From an uncultured delta proteobacterium (GTDB taxonomy: Bacteria; Myxococcota_A; Polyangia; Polyangiales; Polyangiaceae): a stretch of 64,000 nucleotides of DNA. Shown here piece by piece: positions 51,486 through 61,393 of this stretch. The translations under genes and the position numbers were made by a program. Under the pieces are notes generated by a model. It was not told the origin of the DNA and did not search any database. It was given only the letters and a program-made list of their open reading frames with translations. The stretch is taken from NCBI GenBank assembly GCA_963806225.1, contig CAWDXG010000003.1, positions 192,001 through 256,000 on the forward strand. Reading direction: 5' to 3'. Every line of letters starts with the position of its first letter. Within the stretch, counting starts at the first letter, position 1.

Positions 51486-51665
51486 GCACACCGTTGTAGC
51501 TCACCTGGGCGCAGCCCGCTCCGCGCGCGGCATTTTCCGGCCGCGCGTGTGGGGGCCGCGGAGCACGTCGCCGCTTCCGCCGGCGGCGGCGTTCGGGCCC
51601 GTCAGGTGGTGGAAGTCGAAGCCGAGGCCGCGGTAGCATGTGCGGGTCCTTCCCGGCACCCGGAA

Positions 51666-53039
51666 ATGCCAGAGCTACTGATCGTCGACCCCGATCGTGC
51701 GAGCCGCGACGCGCTGGTGGAAATCCTTTCCGCAGAGGAGCGCGGGACGTCGCAGGTGGCTTCGGCGAGCGATGCGCTCGAGCTCCTGGCCGCGGAGCCC
51801 CACGACATCGTCATCGTCGACCTCGCCGCCGGCGAAGGGGGCGTCCGCACGCTCCTCGAGCAACTCGGGAAGCGCTGGCCCGAGATCCAGGTACTGGTCA
51901 GCGCAGGCCGCGCGGCGCTACCCGACGCCGTCGCGGTTCTGAAGGCGGGGGCCTCCGATTTCCTGATGAAACCGTTCCAGAAGGCGGAAGTGCTGCGGGC
52001 GGTAGCCAAGGCGCGCGCCGCCGCCGAGCACGCTGCGCGCGACCTTCCGGTGTTGGGGAGCGACACGCCGACGCTTGTCGGCGCGTCTTCCGCGCTCGAT
52101 CGTTCGCTCGAGGTGATCCGGCGCGCCGCATCCAGCAACAGCACCGTGCTCATCCGCGGCGAGAGCGGCACGGGCAAGGAGCTGGCAGCCCGGGCCGTAC
52201 ACGACCAGAGCCCGCGGAGCGGGGCGCCCTTCATCAAGGTGCACTGTGCGGCGATCCCCGACATGCTGCTGGAGAGCGAGCTCTTCGGCTACGAGAAGGG
52301 GGCCTTCACGGGCGCGGTGGGGCAGAAGCCCGGCCGCATCGACCTCGCCGAAGGTGGAACGCTTTTCCTCGACGAGATCGGCGATATTTCCGCGATGACC
52401 CAGGTCAAGCTGCTCAGGCTTCTGCAGGACCGGCAGTTCGAGCGGCTGGGCGGACGGCGGACCATCACGGCCGACGTGCGCTTCGTCGCCGCGACGCACC
52501 GCGACCTGGAGGCGCTGGTCCGCTCCGGCTCGTTCCGCGAGGATCTGTTCTATCGCCTGAACGTGGTCACGGTGTGGCTCCCGCCGCTGAGGGCGCGCCG
52601 CAGCGACATTCCCGAGCTCGTCCGCCATTTCTGCCTGCGCTTCGCCGGAGCCAACCAGCGCGACGCGGTCGAGTTCGACAAGCCGGCGTTGGAGCTTCTG
52701 ACGCAGCAGCGCTGGCCGGGCAACGTGCGGCAGCTGCAGAACTTCGTGGAGCGGCTCGCCGTTCTCGCCACCGGTCGCGTGGTCTCCGCGGACGATGTGC
52801 GGGCGGAACTGTCCGGGCAGGTTCCGTTCGAGACCGAGCCGTCCCGGCACTCGATGTCCCACACGACGGCCCCCGGCTCCGCCGTCGGACCCCTGGACGA
52901 TAAGCTGCAGCGCGCGGAGCGCCGGGCTCTGGAGCGCGCGCTGGCCAAGGCCGACAACAACAGGACCGAGGCGGCGCGGCTGCTCGGGGTCAGCAGACGG
53001 ACCCTGTACAACAAGCTCCAGCAGTACGGCATGCTCTGA
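51666..53039 (+). CDS. Sigma54-dependent response regulator (REC-AAA+-HTH)
   Basis: ATG 51666; GESGTGKE, ESELFGYEKGAFTGA, LFLDEIG, FREDLFYRLNV, WPGNVRQL, AARLLGVSRRTLYNK. Confidence 0.95.
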   Translation: MPELLIVDPDRASRDALVEILSAEERGTSQVASASDALELLAAEPHDIVIVDLAAGEGGVRTLLEQLGKRWPEIQVLVSAGRAALPDAVAVLKAGASDFLMKPFQKAEVLRAVAKARAAAEHAARDLPVLGSDTPTLVGASSALDRSLEVIRRAASSNSTVLIRGESGTGKELAARAVHDQSPRSGAPFIKVHCAAIPDMLLESELFGYEKGAFTGAVGQKPGRIDLAEGGTLFLDEIGDISAMTQVKLLRLLQDRQFERLGGRRTITADVRFVAATHRDLEALVRSGSFREDLFYRLNVVTVWLPPLRARRSDIPELVRHFCLRFAGANQRDAVEFDKPALELLTQQRWPGNVRQLQNFVERLAVLATGRVVSADDVRAELSGQVPFETEPSRHSMSHTTAPGSAVGPLDDKLQRAERRALERALAKADNNRTEAARLLGVSRRTLYNKLQQYGML

Positions 53040-53908
53040 TGCCGGAGTGGGCTCCAGGCGAAGAGCTCCGGGCGGGCATGACGGCCGGCGCCTACCAGCT
53101 CCTGGCCCCGCTGGGGGAAGGCGGCATGGGCTCCGTCTGGGCAGCGACGCACGTGCCGTCGGGACGCGAGGTCGCGTTGAAGTTCGTCAAGGGCAGGCCC
53201 GACGCGCACCACAGCGGGCGGCTGCTCCGCGAGGCGTGGGCCGCCTCCGCGATCGATCATCCGAACGTCGTCGAGGTCTTCGAGGTCTTCGAGCACGTGC
53301 CGGGGGTGCCGGTGATCGCCATGGCGCGGCTTCGGGGCGCCACGCTCCGGCAACCGCTGGAGCAACGCGGCAGCCTCGGGCTCCTCGAGACCGCCGCGCT
53401 GCTCCGCCCCGTCGTCTCCGCGATCGAGGCGGCGCACGCACGGGGCATCGTGCATCGCGATCTCAAGCCGGAGAACATCTTCCTCGACGAATCCACGGGC
53501 GTGAAGCGGGTCAAGGTGGTGGATTTCGGCATCGCGAAGCTGGTCGCCCCCGAGGGCGGGCTAGCGACCTGGTCCACGCTCACGATGACCGGAGCGGCCG
53601 TCGGCACGCCCTGCTACATGGCGCCCGAGCAGGCGTGGGGCGAAGCGGTCGACCATCGGGCGGACATCTGGGCGCTCGGGGTGGTCCTGTACGAGTGCCT
53701 GTCGGGCGTGCGTCCGATCGAAGGCGATACCTTCGGCCAGTTCCTGAAGAATATCTCCCGCTCCGGCATCATGCCCCTCTCTGCGCTGGTTCCCGAGCTG
53801 CCCGAGGTGCTGAGCACCCTGGTCGACCGGATGCTGCTCCGTGACCGCGAGCAGCGCCCGCGCGACCTGGCCGAAGTCGCGAGCGTGCTTTCGAGATTCG
53901 CCGGCTGA
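53039..53908 (+). CDS. Cytoplasmic Ser/Thr protein kinase (kinase domain only)
   Basis: GEGGMG, VALK, HRDLKPEN, DFG, GTPCYMAPEQ; TGATG overlap with the regulator gene. Confidence 0.93.
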   Translation: MPEWAPGEELRAGMTAGAYQLLAPLGEGGMGSVWAATHVPSGREVALKFVKGRPDAHHSGRLLREAWAASAIDHPNVVEVFEVFEHVPGVPVIAMARLRGATLRQPLEQRGSLGLLETAALLRPVVSAIEAAHARGIVHRDLKPENIFLDESTGVKRVKVVDFGIAKLVAPEGGLATWSTLTMTGAAVGTPCYMAPEQAWGEAVDHRADIWALGVVLYECLSGVRPIEGDTFGQFLKNISRSGIMPLSALVPELPEVLSTLVDRMLLRDREQRPRDLAEVASVLSRFAG

Positions 53909-53919
53909 CCGCGCCCCGT

Positions 53920-53977
53920 GTGCAGGAGCCCGCACACCGGTTCGTGCAGACCGCTGCGCGTGTGCAGTCGGCTGCAC
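53920..53977. promoter_or_regulatory. Three palindromic GTGCAG-N4-CTGCAC boxes (candidate enhancer sites)
   Basis: GTGCAG-GAGC-CCGCAC (53920), GTGCAG-ACCG-CTGCGC (53944), GTGCAG-TCGG-CTGCAC (53962). Confidence 0.6.
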
Positions 53978-54032
53978 AGCTGGAACAGCGGATAGTTGCA
54001 TGTTTTTCGGCGTTCCACGGCCGGACGGAGCA

Positions 54033-54048
54033 CGGCACGTCGCGTGCA
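54033..54048 (+). promoter_or_regulatory. Sigma54 -24/-12 promoter
   Basis: CGGCACGTCGCGTGCA has GG-N10-GC spacing and is close to the TGGCACG-N4-TTGCA consensus; about 60 bp upstream of ATG 54109. Confidence 0.7.
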
Positions 54049-54108
54049 ATCCGACACGACATCGCGTGAGCAAGCCGCCCGCGCGCCAATCCCCACGAGG
54101 AGGTCGTC

Positions 54109-54771
54109 ATGCGCCGATACCATCTGCTGTCCGTACTCTCGCTGGTCGTTGCCCTGCCGATCGGCGGCTGCAGCAATCCCACCGGAGAAGGCGCGGGGAA
54201 ATCCCAGGCTCCCGGCAGCGCGGGCTCGGGCACGAGCATCTCCAGCTACTGCTTCGCGGTGTGCGGCAAGTCGACCGATTGCGATAGCTCGGTGGATATC
54301 GGCACCTGCGCCAACAAGTGCGAAAACGACAATGCCGCGGCAGGCCCCAAGCTGCGCGGGGACTACCTTTCGCGGCTCGAGTCGTGCGTCAAGGGCAAGG
54401 ACTGCGCGACGGTCCTCGCGCGCACCGCGCAGAGCACATGCGCGGACGAAGTCGTGGCATCACTCTCGCCGTCCAGCGTCGGGACGGCCTTCTGCGACGC
54501 CTATGCGTCCGCTGCGACCAAGTGCGGCGGCAATCTGGACAAGGCGACGTGCCTGGACGTGGCGAAGAGCTACAACGACGCGGCACTGAACGAGGCGAAG
54601 GCGTGTACGTCCCGTGCCTGCAGCGACATCGACAGCTGCGTGCAGGCCGCACTCGGTCTGCCCGACACCAGCGCGAGCGCTGCCAACAATTCCTGCAGCT
54701 ACGCCTACGACGGGAGCTGCGACGAGCCGGATCTCTGCGCGCCTGGCACCGACACGTACGATTGCAGCTGA
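54109..54771 (+). CDS. Cys-rich lipoprotein
   Basis: GAGGAGG RBS; lipobox IGGC; many Cys; C-terminal CSYAYDGSCDEPDLCAPGTDTYDC. Confidence 0.75.
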   Translation: MRRYHLLSVLSLVVALPIGGCSNPTGEGAGKSQAPGSAGSGTSISSYCFAVCGKSTDCDSSVDIGTCANKCENDNAAAGPKLRGDYLSRLESCVKGKDCATVLARTAQSTCADEVVASLSPSSVGTAFCDAYASAATKCGGNLDKATCLDVAKSYNDAALNEAKACTSRACSDIDSCVQAALGLPDTSASAANNSCSYAYDGSCDEPDLCAPGTDTYDCS

Positions 54772-54946
54772 TGGATTCGCGGGCGCGGCCCACGGGAGCG
54801 GCGGGGCGCCGCCGCTCTACCGACCTGCCGCATCCCTATCCTATCCCGGAACATGACCCCTCTCATATGCCGGCTGAATTCGGGGTTCCCCAGCGAAAAC
54901 GATCTCCACACTTGCGCCCGGCGCGCCACCGTCCGGAAAGGAGCAC

Positions 54947-55621
54947 ATGATGCGTTGGTTCTCGACTCTTCCTGTCCTGTCGCTGATGGCCCTGGTTGCG
55001 GGGACGGCCCAGGCGCAACCCGCCGCTCCGCCGCCGCCGGCCGCTCCACCTGCTACGTACAGCAGCGAGCTCGCGGCGATGCCTTCTCCCGCTACCGGCG
55101 GCACCTACGCCCAGGCCCCGGCAGAGAACGCGCACGTCGGGTTGTTCGTCAACTCGCTGGGCGTGTTGCAGTTCGGCCTGTCACCCACCTTCGAGTACGG
55201 GAGCAATGCCTCGTTCAACGCCCGCGCGCTGTTCTTCAACACGGGCGCTCTGTCGTACGTCACGGCGGGCGACGACACGCTCCACTTCACGGTCGGCGCA
55301 GGACCGGGGTTCCGGTACTACTTCGGCAGCAACGGCAACCTGCGAGGAGGCTACATCGGCGGCTTTGGGCTCTATCTACCGGAGGAGGAACAGTACAAGG
55401 ACCAGACGCTGTACAAGAGCACCTTCTTCGTCCTCAGCGGCGAAGGAGGGTATCGCTGGGTCTTCCACAGCGGCTTTCTCGTGGGCGTAGGCGCCATGGC
55501 CGGCGTCGCCGTCCTGGTCGACAAGAGCGTCCAGGCCCTGAACGAGTACGGCGCCGACACCAACGATGCGCACACCCAGCCCTTCGGCATGCTGACGCTC
55601 GATCTCGGCTTCCTGATCTAG
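54947..55621 (+). CDS. Probable outer membrane beta-barrel protein
   Basis: AAGGAG RBS; signal peptide (AQA-Q); GFRYYF and GYRWVF strands; terminal LDLGFLI. Confidence 0.65.
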   Translation: MMRWFSTLPVLSLMALVAGTAQAQPAAPPPPAAPPATYSSELAAMPSPATGGTYAQAPAENAHVGLFVNSLGVLQFGLSPTFEYGSNASFNARALFFNTGALSYVTAGDDTLHFTVGAGPGFRYYFGSNGNLRGGYIGGFGLYLPEEEQYKDQTLYKSTFFVLSGEGGYRWVFHSGFLVGVGAMAGVAVLVDKSVQALNEYGADTNDAHTQPFGMLTLDLGFLI

Positions 55622-55720
55622 CCGGGCCCGGCCTCACGGCCTGTCCGCTGCGCCCGCTTGTCGAGGAATCCCGAGCGGCGACACCGACTGCGCCACGATC
55701 ATCCTGCTAACCTTCCGCCC

Positions 55721-56356
55721 GTGGGCATCCAGGTGTTCGGACTGACGGGCGGTATCGGTTCCGGCAAGAGCAGCGTGGCCGCGCGCTTCCGCGATCGGGG
55801 GCTGCCCGTCATCGATGCCGACCAGCTCGCACGCGAAGTGGTTGCCCCGGGCAGCGCCGGGCTCGCCGCCATTGTCGCGGCGTTCGGCAAAGAAGTGCTG
55901 GACGCGGACGGCGGACTCGATCGCGCGCGCGTGGCGGACATCGTGTTCAACGACGAGGAAAAGCGCCGCACGCTGAACGCCATCACGCATCCGCGCGTTC
56001 GCGACCTCGCCCTTGGGCGCGTGATGGAGCTCGGCGAAGACGGCGAGCCGCTCTGCTGCTACGAGGTGCCGCTCTTGATCGAGTCGGGCCTCACCGACAC
56101 GCTGCGCCCGATCGTCGTGGTCAGCGTGTCCGAAGACGTGCAGGTCGCGCGCACCGTGAAGCGCGACTCTTCTAGCGAAGCGCAGGCACGCGCGCGCATC
56201 GCCGCGCAGATGCCGCTCGCCGACAAGGTGAAGCTGGCCGACTACGTCATCGACAACAGCGGCACGCCCGCCGAGCTGCGCGAGCGCGCCGACGAGGTGC
56301 TCGACGCCATCTGCGAGCAGCTGGGCGTGGACAAGGCACGCTTTCCGCGCGCGTGA
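55721..56356 (+). CDS. coaE: Dephospho-CoA kinase
   Basis: GLTGGIGSGKS, IDADQLAREVV, LNAITHP, VPLLIE, RIAAQMP, ADYVIDNSG. Confidence 0.95.
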   Translation: MGIQVFGLTGGIGSGKSSVAARFRDRGLPVIDADQLAREVVAPGSAGLAAIVAAFGKEVLDADGGLDRARVADIVFNDEEKRRTLNAITHPRVRDLALGRVMELGEDGEPLCCYEVPLLIESGLTDTLRPIVVVSVSEDVQVARTVKRDSSSEAQARARIAAQMPLADKVKLADYVIDNSGTPAELRERADEVLDAICEQLGVDKARFPRA

Positions 56357-56363
56357 CGCGGCG

Positions 56364-57260
56364 CTACTGCACGACCGGCGGCCAGGAGGGATGCGACTTC
56401 GTCGCGATCGCGACCTCGCGTGCGCGGGCGGCGGTCAGCGTGTTCTCGAGCAGCATGGCGATGGTCATGGGGCCGACGCCGCCTGGAACGGGCGTGATGG
56501 CGCCAGCGACCGGCTCGGCGGAAGCGAAGTCAACGTCGCCACAGAGCTTGCCGTTCTCGTCCCGGTTCATGCCGACATCGATGACGGTGGCGCCGGGCTT
56601 GATCCAGTCGCCCTTGATCATCTTGGCGCGGCCGACCGCGGCGATCAGCACGTCGGCTTCGCGGCAACGCTCGGCGAGGTCGCGGGTGCGCGAGTGGGCG
56701 ATGGTAACGGTGGCGTGCTGCGCGAGCAGCAATGCAGCCACGGGCTTGCCGACGATGTTGCTGCGCCCGATGATGAGCGCGCGCGCGCCGGCCAGCTCCG
56801 TGCCCGCCTCGGCGATCAGCCGGAGACAGCCGCGCGGCGTGCAGGGCACGAGGCCGGGCTGCCCCGACCAGAGCGCACCGACGCTGACCGGGTGGAAGCC
56901 GTCGACGTCCTTGGACGGATCGATGCTGCGGATCACCGCGGAGGGACGCACGGCTCCGGGTACCGGCAGCTGCACCAGGATGCCGTCCACGTGGCGGTCG
57001 CCGTTGAGGTTCCGCACCACGGCCAGAAGCTCGCTCTCGGTCACGCTGGCCGGCAGCCGATGCACGCGGCCCTTGATGCCGACCTCGCTCGCGAACTTCT
57101 CCTTGTTGCGCACGTAGACCGCCGAGGCCGGGTCGTCTCCGGCTAGCACGACGTTCAGGCCCGGCGCGCGGCCGTGCTCCTCCCTGAACTCGGCCACTCC
57201 GCGGGCGACCTCCTCGCGCACAGCCCGGGCTACTGCCCTCCCGTCGATGCGTTCTCCCAT
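56364..57260 (-). CDS. folD: Bifunctional methylenetetrahydrofolate dehydrogenase/cyclohydrolase
   Basis: [49 protein letters not shown]. Confidence 0.97.
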   Translation of the reverse strand: MGERIDGRAVARAVREEVARGVAEFREEHGRAPGLNVVLAGDDPASAVYVRNKEKFASEVGIKGRVHRLPASVTESELLAVVRNLNGDRHVDGILVQLPVPGAVRPSAVIRSIDPSKDVDGFHPVSVGALWSGQPGLVPCTPRGCLRLIAEAGTELAGARALIIGRSNIVGKPVAALLLAQHATVTIAHSRTRDLAERCREADVLIAAVGRAKMIKGDWIKPGATVIDVGMNRDENGKLCGDVDFASAEPVAGAITPVPGGVGPMTIAMLLENTLTAARAREVAIATKSHPSWPPVVQ

Positions 57261-57301
57261 GTGCCCCGGACTAGCATCGGCCCGCGCGCGCGGCCAGACC
57301 G

Positions 57302-58123
57302 TCAGGGCGCGAGCGGGACATCCGTCAGGGTCACCGAACCCGGGGCCACCTGGACCTGGATGTAGACGAGCTTCGAGCCGGTATCGAGATCGATGCGCTG
57401 GCGGTAGCCGGGCACGGCGTTGACCACGATCGCGAAGCCTGTGGCGCCGGTGCCGGCCGCAGTGTCGGACCAGGTTCCGCCGGCGTCGTAGATGACGCCG
57501 GTGCCCGGCGACTGCGTGATGCCCACGCCGCCCAGAGCGTTGCCGCTCGCGTCGACGAAGTGCAGCACCACCTGGCCCCGCGTCGCGTCGCGCTGCGGCG
57601 GAACCGTAACCACGTTGAAGATCTGGTCGATGACGCTGCTCCGCACCAGGCGGAGCGCGACGGGGCCCGTGCTGGTCGTGTCCCAGGGCTCGAGCGTGGG
57701 CAGCGCGTCGCCGGTGTTGCTCGTCGGCGTGACCGAGAACCAGACGGATGGCCCCACGCGCACGCCGTCGATGCTGAAGCCCTGGCCGTTGTAGGTGGCG
57801 CTGGCGTCACCGCCGCCCGGAGCCTCGGCCGTGATGTCGGCCGTGCCGGAGAAGGGCTGCGCGGTGACGAAATCGTCCGACGCGAGCAGCGACACGCTGC
57901 CCGCGAGCGAGACACTGGCGTCGCCCGGAGCCGCTTCGGAGACAGCGGTGCCGTCGGGGCCAGCTTCCTTCGGCGGAACGCTGCTGCCCGGCGGCTTGTG
58001 GGTGCAGCTGCTGTAGGCGGCGTCGTCGCAGCTCGTGTCGACCCGCGGCGGGTGCGCGGGCTTCTTCGCGCACGCGACAGCGCCGAACGCGACGAGAACC
58101 AGGACGAGCTTCGCCCGCATCAT
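57302..58123 (-). CDS. Hypothetical lipoprotein, beta-rich
   Basis: Lipobox AVAC; directly downstream of lgt in the same orientation. Confidence 0.65.
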   Translation of the reverse strand: MMRAKLVLVLVAFGAVACAKKPAHPPRVDTSCDDAAYSSCTHKPPGSSVPPKEAGPDGTAVSEAAPGDASVSLAGSVSLLASDDFVTAQPFSGTADITAEAPGGGDASATYNGQGFSIDGVRVGPSVWFSVTPTSNTGDALPTLEPWDTTSTGPVALRLVRSSVIDQIFNVVTVPPQRDATRGQVVLHFVDASGNALGGVGITQSPGTGVIYDAGGTWSDTAAGTGATGFAIVVNAVPGYRQRIDLDTGSKLVYIQVQVAPGSVTLTDVPLAP

Positions 58124-58132
58124 GGCTGGATC

Positions 58133-59071
58133 CTACGACGTCGTCGCGGGTTCGGCCAAGCGCGAGAGCCGGACCCGGTGCACCACCACGACCGCGACCA
58201 CCAGCACCACACCGATGAGCTGCGACGTACTGAGCCCCAGAAGCCCGCCCCGGGCGTCGTCGCGCCAGAACTCGAGAATGAAGCGCAACACGGCATACAG
58301 CAGCACGAACGCCAGGAAAATCATGCCATCGTAGCGCTTGCGCCCGTGCAGGTAGAGGAGCAGAAAAGCCGCGATCGCGAGCGAGCCCGCCGATTCGTAG
58401 ATCTGCGTCGGATGCACCGGCAGCGACGGCGCGAACGGCGACGAAAGCAGATGCTGCTTGAACTGCATCTCGCTCGCAGGACTGTGGGGCGGGAAGCTCA
58501 CCGCCCAGGGCACGCCGCTCGGCGTACCGAAACAGCAGCCCGCCAGAAGGCAGGCCATGCGCCCGAAGCCGAGCCCCACCGGCACCACCATGCCCGCCAT
58601 GTCCGCAGCCTTCCAGAACGGGAAGTGATCGCGCTTGAGCAGAAACCACGCGGCCGCACTGCCGCCGATGAAGCCGCCGTAGTAGGTAAGCCCGCCGTTC
58701 CAGAACTTCGCCCACGCGAAGCAGTCCGTCTGCGTCGGGTGGCACACCTTCTTCGCCGCGTCCCACACGCCGTTGTAGCTCGAGCTGATGCACTCGGAAT
58801 GCGTCAGCCCGTTCCACGACACCTTCGATGGGTCGGTGCACAGATGCACGTAGTCCCAGAAGTAGCCATCGGCGAACACGTGCAGGATGCGCGCTCCGGC
58901 AAACCCCGCGATCAGCATCGCCAGCCCCAGGTCGACCACCACGTCGGGGTCCTGTCCGATGCGCTTGGCCCAGATGGCGCCGATCGCCGTGGCGAAGATG
59001 AAGCCGGTCAGCTGCAGGATGAAGTAGCTCGGAAACCCGACGCCGAAGAGCGAAAAGAGCTGACCCAGCAT
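58133..59071 (-). CDS. lgt: Prolipoprotein diacylglyceryl transferase
   Basis: GARILHV, GGLTYYGG, GRMACLLAGCCFG, VHPTQIYE, RFILEFWR. Confidence 0.93.
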   Translation of the reverse strand: MLGQLFSLFGVGFPSYFILQLTGFIFATAIGAIWAKRIGQDPDVVVDLGLAMLIAGFAGARILHVFADGYFWDYVHLCTDPSKVSWNGLTHSECISSSYNGVWDAAKKVCHPTQTDCFAWAKFWNGGLTYYGGFIGGSAAAWFLLKRDHFPFWKAADMAGMVVPVGLGFGRMACLLAGCCFGTPSGVPWAVSFPPHSPASEMQFKQHLLSSPFAPSLPVHPTQIYESAGSLAIAAFLLLYLHGRKRYDGMIFLAFVLLYAVLRFILEFWRDDARGGLLGLSTSQLIGVVLVVAVVVVHRVRLSRLAEPATTS

Positions 59072-59093
59072 GCCCTGCCTCGCGGGCCCGCGC

Positions 59094-60080
59094 TCAGCTC
59101 ACCGACGGCGGATCGCCGGCGACACCGGCGCTCTCGGCGGCAAGCGGGCTGCCCGATCCGCCGGCGTCCTGCCCGGCACTCGTCGCGATCACCTGCGCTG
59201 CCGCGGGCTTCGGTTGGCGGCGCGAGGTGAGCATGTCGATGGCCATCAGCGCCACGCCGACACAGATGCAGATGTCCGCCACGTTGAACGTGGGCCAGTG
59301 GTTGGTGATGCTCCAGCTGGGGAACACGCGGGCGATGTACTGGTTCATCGCCTCGACCCAGTGCGCCTTGTAGTCGACGAAGTCGACCACGCTGGCGCGG
59401 ATGATGCGGTCGGACAGATTGCCGAGCGCGCCGCCGAGCACCAGCGGCAGCCCCCACTTCAGCGCCCGTTGTCCCGGGCCAAGCCGCGCGTACAGCGACA
59501 CGATGAACGCGATCGCCAGCACACTCACCACCAGGAAGAACGGTTTGCGGATCGTCTCGCTCGCCGTCTGCAAGAGCCCCCATGCCCCGCCCTTGTTGTA
59601 CGTGAGCGTGAGGCTCAGATGATCCTTGAATACGACGATGCCCGGATCGAGCAACGTGCGTTTGCTGAGCGTGACCTCCGCCCAGGCCTTCGTGACAACG
59701 TCCGCCGCCAGCGACACCGCGGCGACCAGGCCGAAGAAGATGTAGCTCGGACGCCCCGCCAAGTCGGCCCCACTGGCCGCCGGAGCGGGCTCTCGCGTCG
59801 CCGGCTGCTCCGGATCGGGCGGCAGCTCGTGCACGCCCGGATCCGCCGGGGCCGCGATGCCCGCCGCGACCGCCGGAGCGTCGAACGGGATCGGCGCGCC
59901 GTGCTCGGCGTGGTCGGACGACGCGGGCGGAACCGCCGCGGGCGGATCGGCCCGCGCGGGCTCTCCGGGAGCCGCGGCGACCGGTGCATCGACCGGAGCG
60001 GCAGGGTCAGCCGGACTCCCGGCGCGGGGTTCTGCAGCCGGCGGATCGCCGGGGCGCGTGGGAAAGGTGGGCTCGCTCAT
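59094..60080 (-). CDS. lspA: Lipoprotein signal peptidase II with long Pro/Ala-rich N-terminal extension
   Basis: ADVVTK, YNKGGAWG, GGALGNLSDRI, VVDFVD, WPTFNVAD. Confidence 0.93.
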   Translation of the reverse strand: MSEPTFPTRPGDPPAAEPRAGSPADPAAPVDAPVAAAPGEPARADPPAAVPPASSDHAEHGAPIPFDAPAVAAGIAAPADPGVHELPPDPEQPATREPAPAASGADLAGRPSYIFFGLVAAVSLAADVVTKAWAEVTLSKRTLLDPGIVVFKDHLSLTLTYNKGGAWGLLQTASETIRKPFFLVVSVLAIAFIVSLYARLGPGQRALKWGLPLVLGGALGNLSDRIIRASVVDFVDYKAHWVEAMNQYIARVFPSWSITNHWPTFNVADICICVGVALMAIDMLTSRRQPKPAAAQVIATSAGQDAGGSGSPLAAESAGVAGDPPSVS

Positions 60081-60337
60081 GGTCGCGTCGCGTTTTCCTA
60101 CGACAAGTCGGGGATTCAGGCCAGCGTGGGGCGCAACAGCGCGCCCAACACGCATATTTCCTTGCAGCGTCTCGCGACGACGTGGGAGCGCGGCGCAGGG
60201 CGGCCGCGCGCACGGCGTGTGCACGGGGCGCGCGGTGCGGAGCGACGGTCGCCCGAGCACGCCCCAGGGGGAACCCGGCCGCGCGCAGCCAAGCGAGCAA
60301 GGCCGGCGCCACCACGACATGAAACGCTGGGGAGCAC

Positions 60338-61168
60338 GCCCACAAGCCGGAAATGCGCGCCTCACGCGCATTTCAGTGCCCTCGGGCGTCCCTCGAGCCG
60401 GAAATGCGCGCCTCACGCGCATTTCAGTGCCCTCGGGCGTCCCACAAGCCGGAAATGCGCGCCTCACGCGCATCTCAGTGCCCTCGGGCGTCCCACGAGC
60501 CGGAAATGCGCGCCTCACGCGCATTTCAGTGCCCTCGGGCGTCCCACGAGCCGGAAATGCGCGCCTCACGCGCATTTCAGTGCCCTCGGGCGTCCCACAG
60601 CCGAATGCGCGCCTCACGCGATAGTGCCCTCGGCGTCCGAAATGCGCGCCTCACGCGCATTTCAGTGCCCTCGGGCGTCCCACAAGCCGGAAATGCGCGC
60701 CTCACGCGCATTTCAGTGCCCTCGGGCGTCCCTCGAGCCGGAAATGCGCGCCTCACGCGCATTTCAGTGCCCTCGGGCGTCCCTCAAGCCGGAAATGCGC
60801 GCCTCACGCGCATTTCAGTGCCCTCGGCGTCCCCAAGCCGGAAATGCGCGCCTCACGCGCGTTCAGTGCCCTCGGCGTCCACGAGCCGGAAATGCGCGCG
60901 AGGCGGGCATCTCAGTGCCCTCGGGCGTCCCTCAAGCCGGAAATGCGCGCCTCACGCGCATTTCAGTGCCCTCGGGCGTCCCTCAAGCCGGAAATGCGCG
61001 CCTCACGCGCATTTCAGTGCCCTCGGGCGTCCCACGAGCCGGAAATGCGCGCCTCACGCGCATTTCAGTGCCCTCGGGCGTCCCACAAGCCGGAAATGCG
61101 CGCCTCACGCGCATTTCAGTGCCCTCGGGCGTCCCACGAGCCGGAAATGCGCGCGAGGCGGGCATCTC
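60338..61168. repeat. Tandem array C: 17 x 51 bp (some truncated) with perfect hairpin core
   Basis: Unit CGTCCC(A/T)C(A/G)AGCCGGAAATGCGCGCCTCACGCGCATTTCAGTGCCCTCGGG; AAATG anchors at 60351, 60402, 60453 ... 61145. Confidence 0.97.
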
Positions 61169-61393
61169 GCCGCGCTTGCCCTTTGCGCCCGTCCCGCGCC
61201 GGGCCCTCCGTCAGCGGGTTCCGGTCGTGGATGCCCCGCACGCTGGCCGGCGGTTCACGTCGCGCCGTGCTCGCCGCTTCGCGGCTGCGCTCGCCGCGGG
61301 CCCGCCAAGCGCGGTCGCTCCGCGCCCGCGCGGGGGCCCCACGTCACACGCCGCCCGGTTGCCGACTACCGCACACCTGTCTAGTATCCGCGC

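Noticed and set aside
49074..51665. 1321-aa ORF as a repeat-containing fusion with the sigma54 regulator
   Set aside because: The extension is a stop-free read-through of the 51-bp array and the antisense strand of the nuclease gene. The receiver domain begins at ATG 51666.
50187..60337. Array-bounded block as a mobile or genomic island
   Set aside because: It holds housekeeping genes (coaE, folD, lgt, lspA), has no integrase or transposase, and shows no obvious compositional shift.
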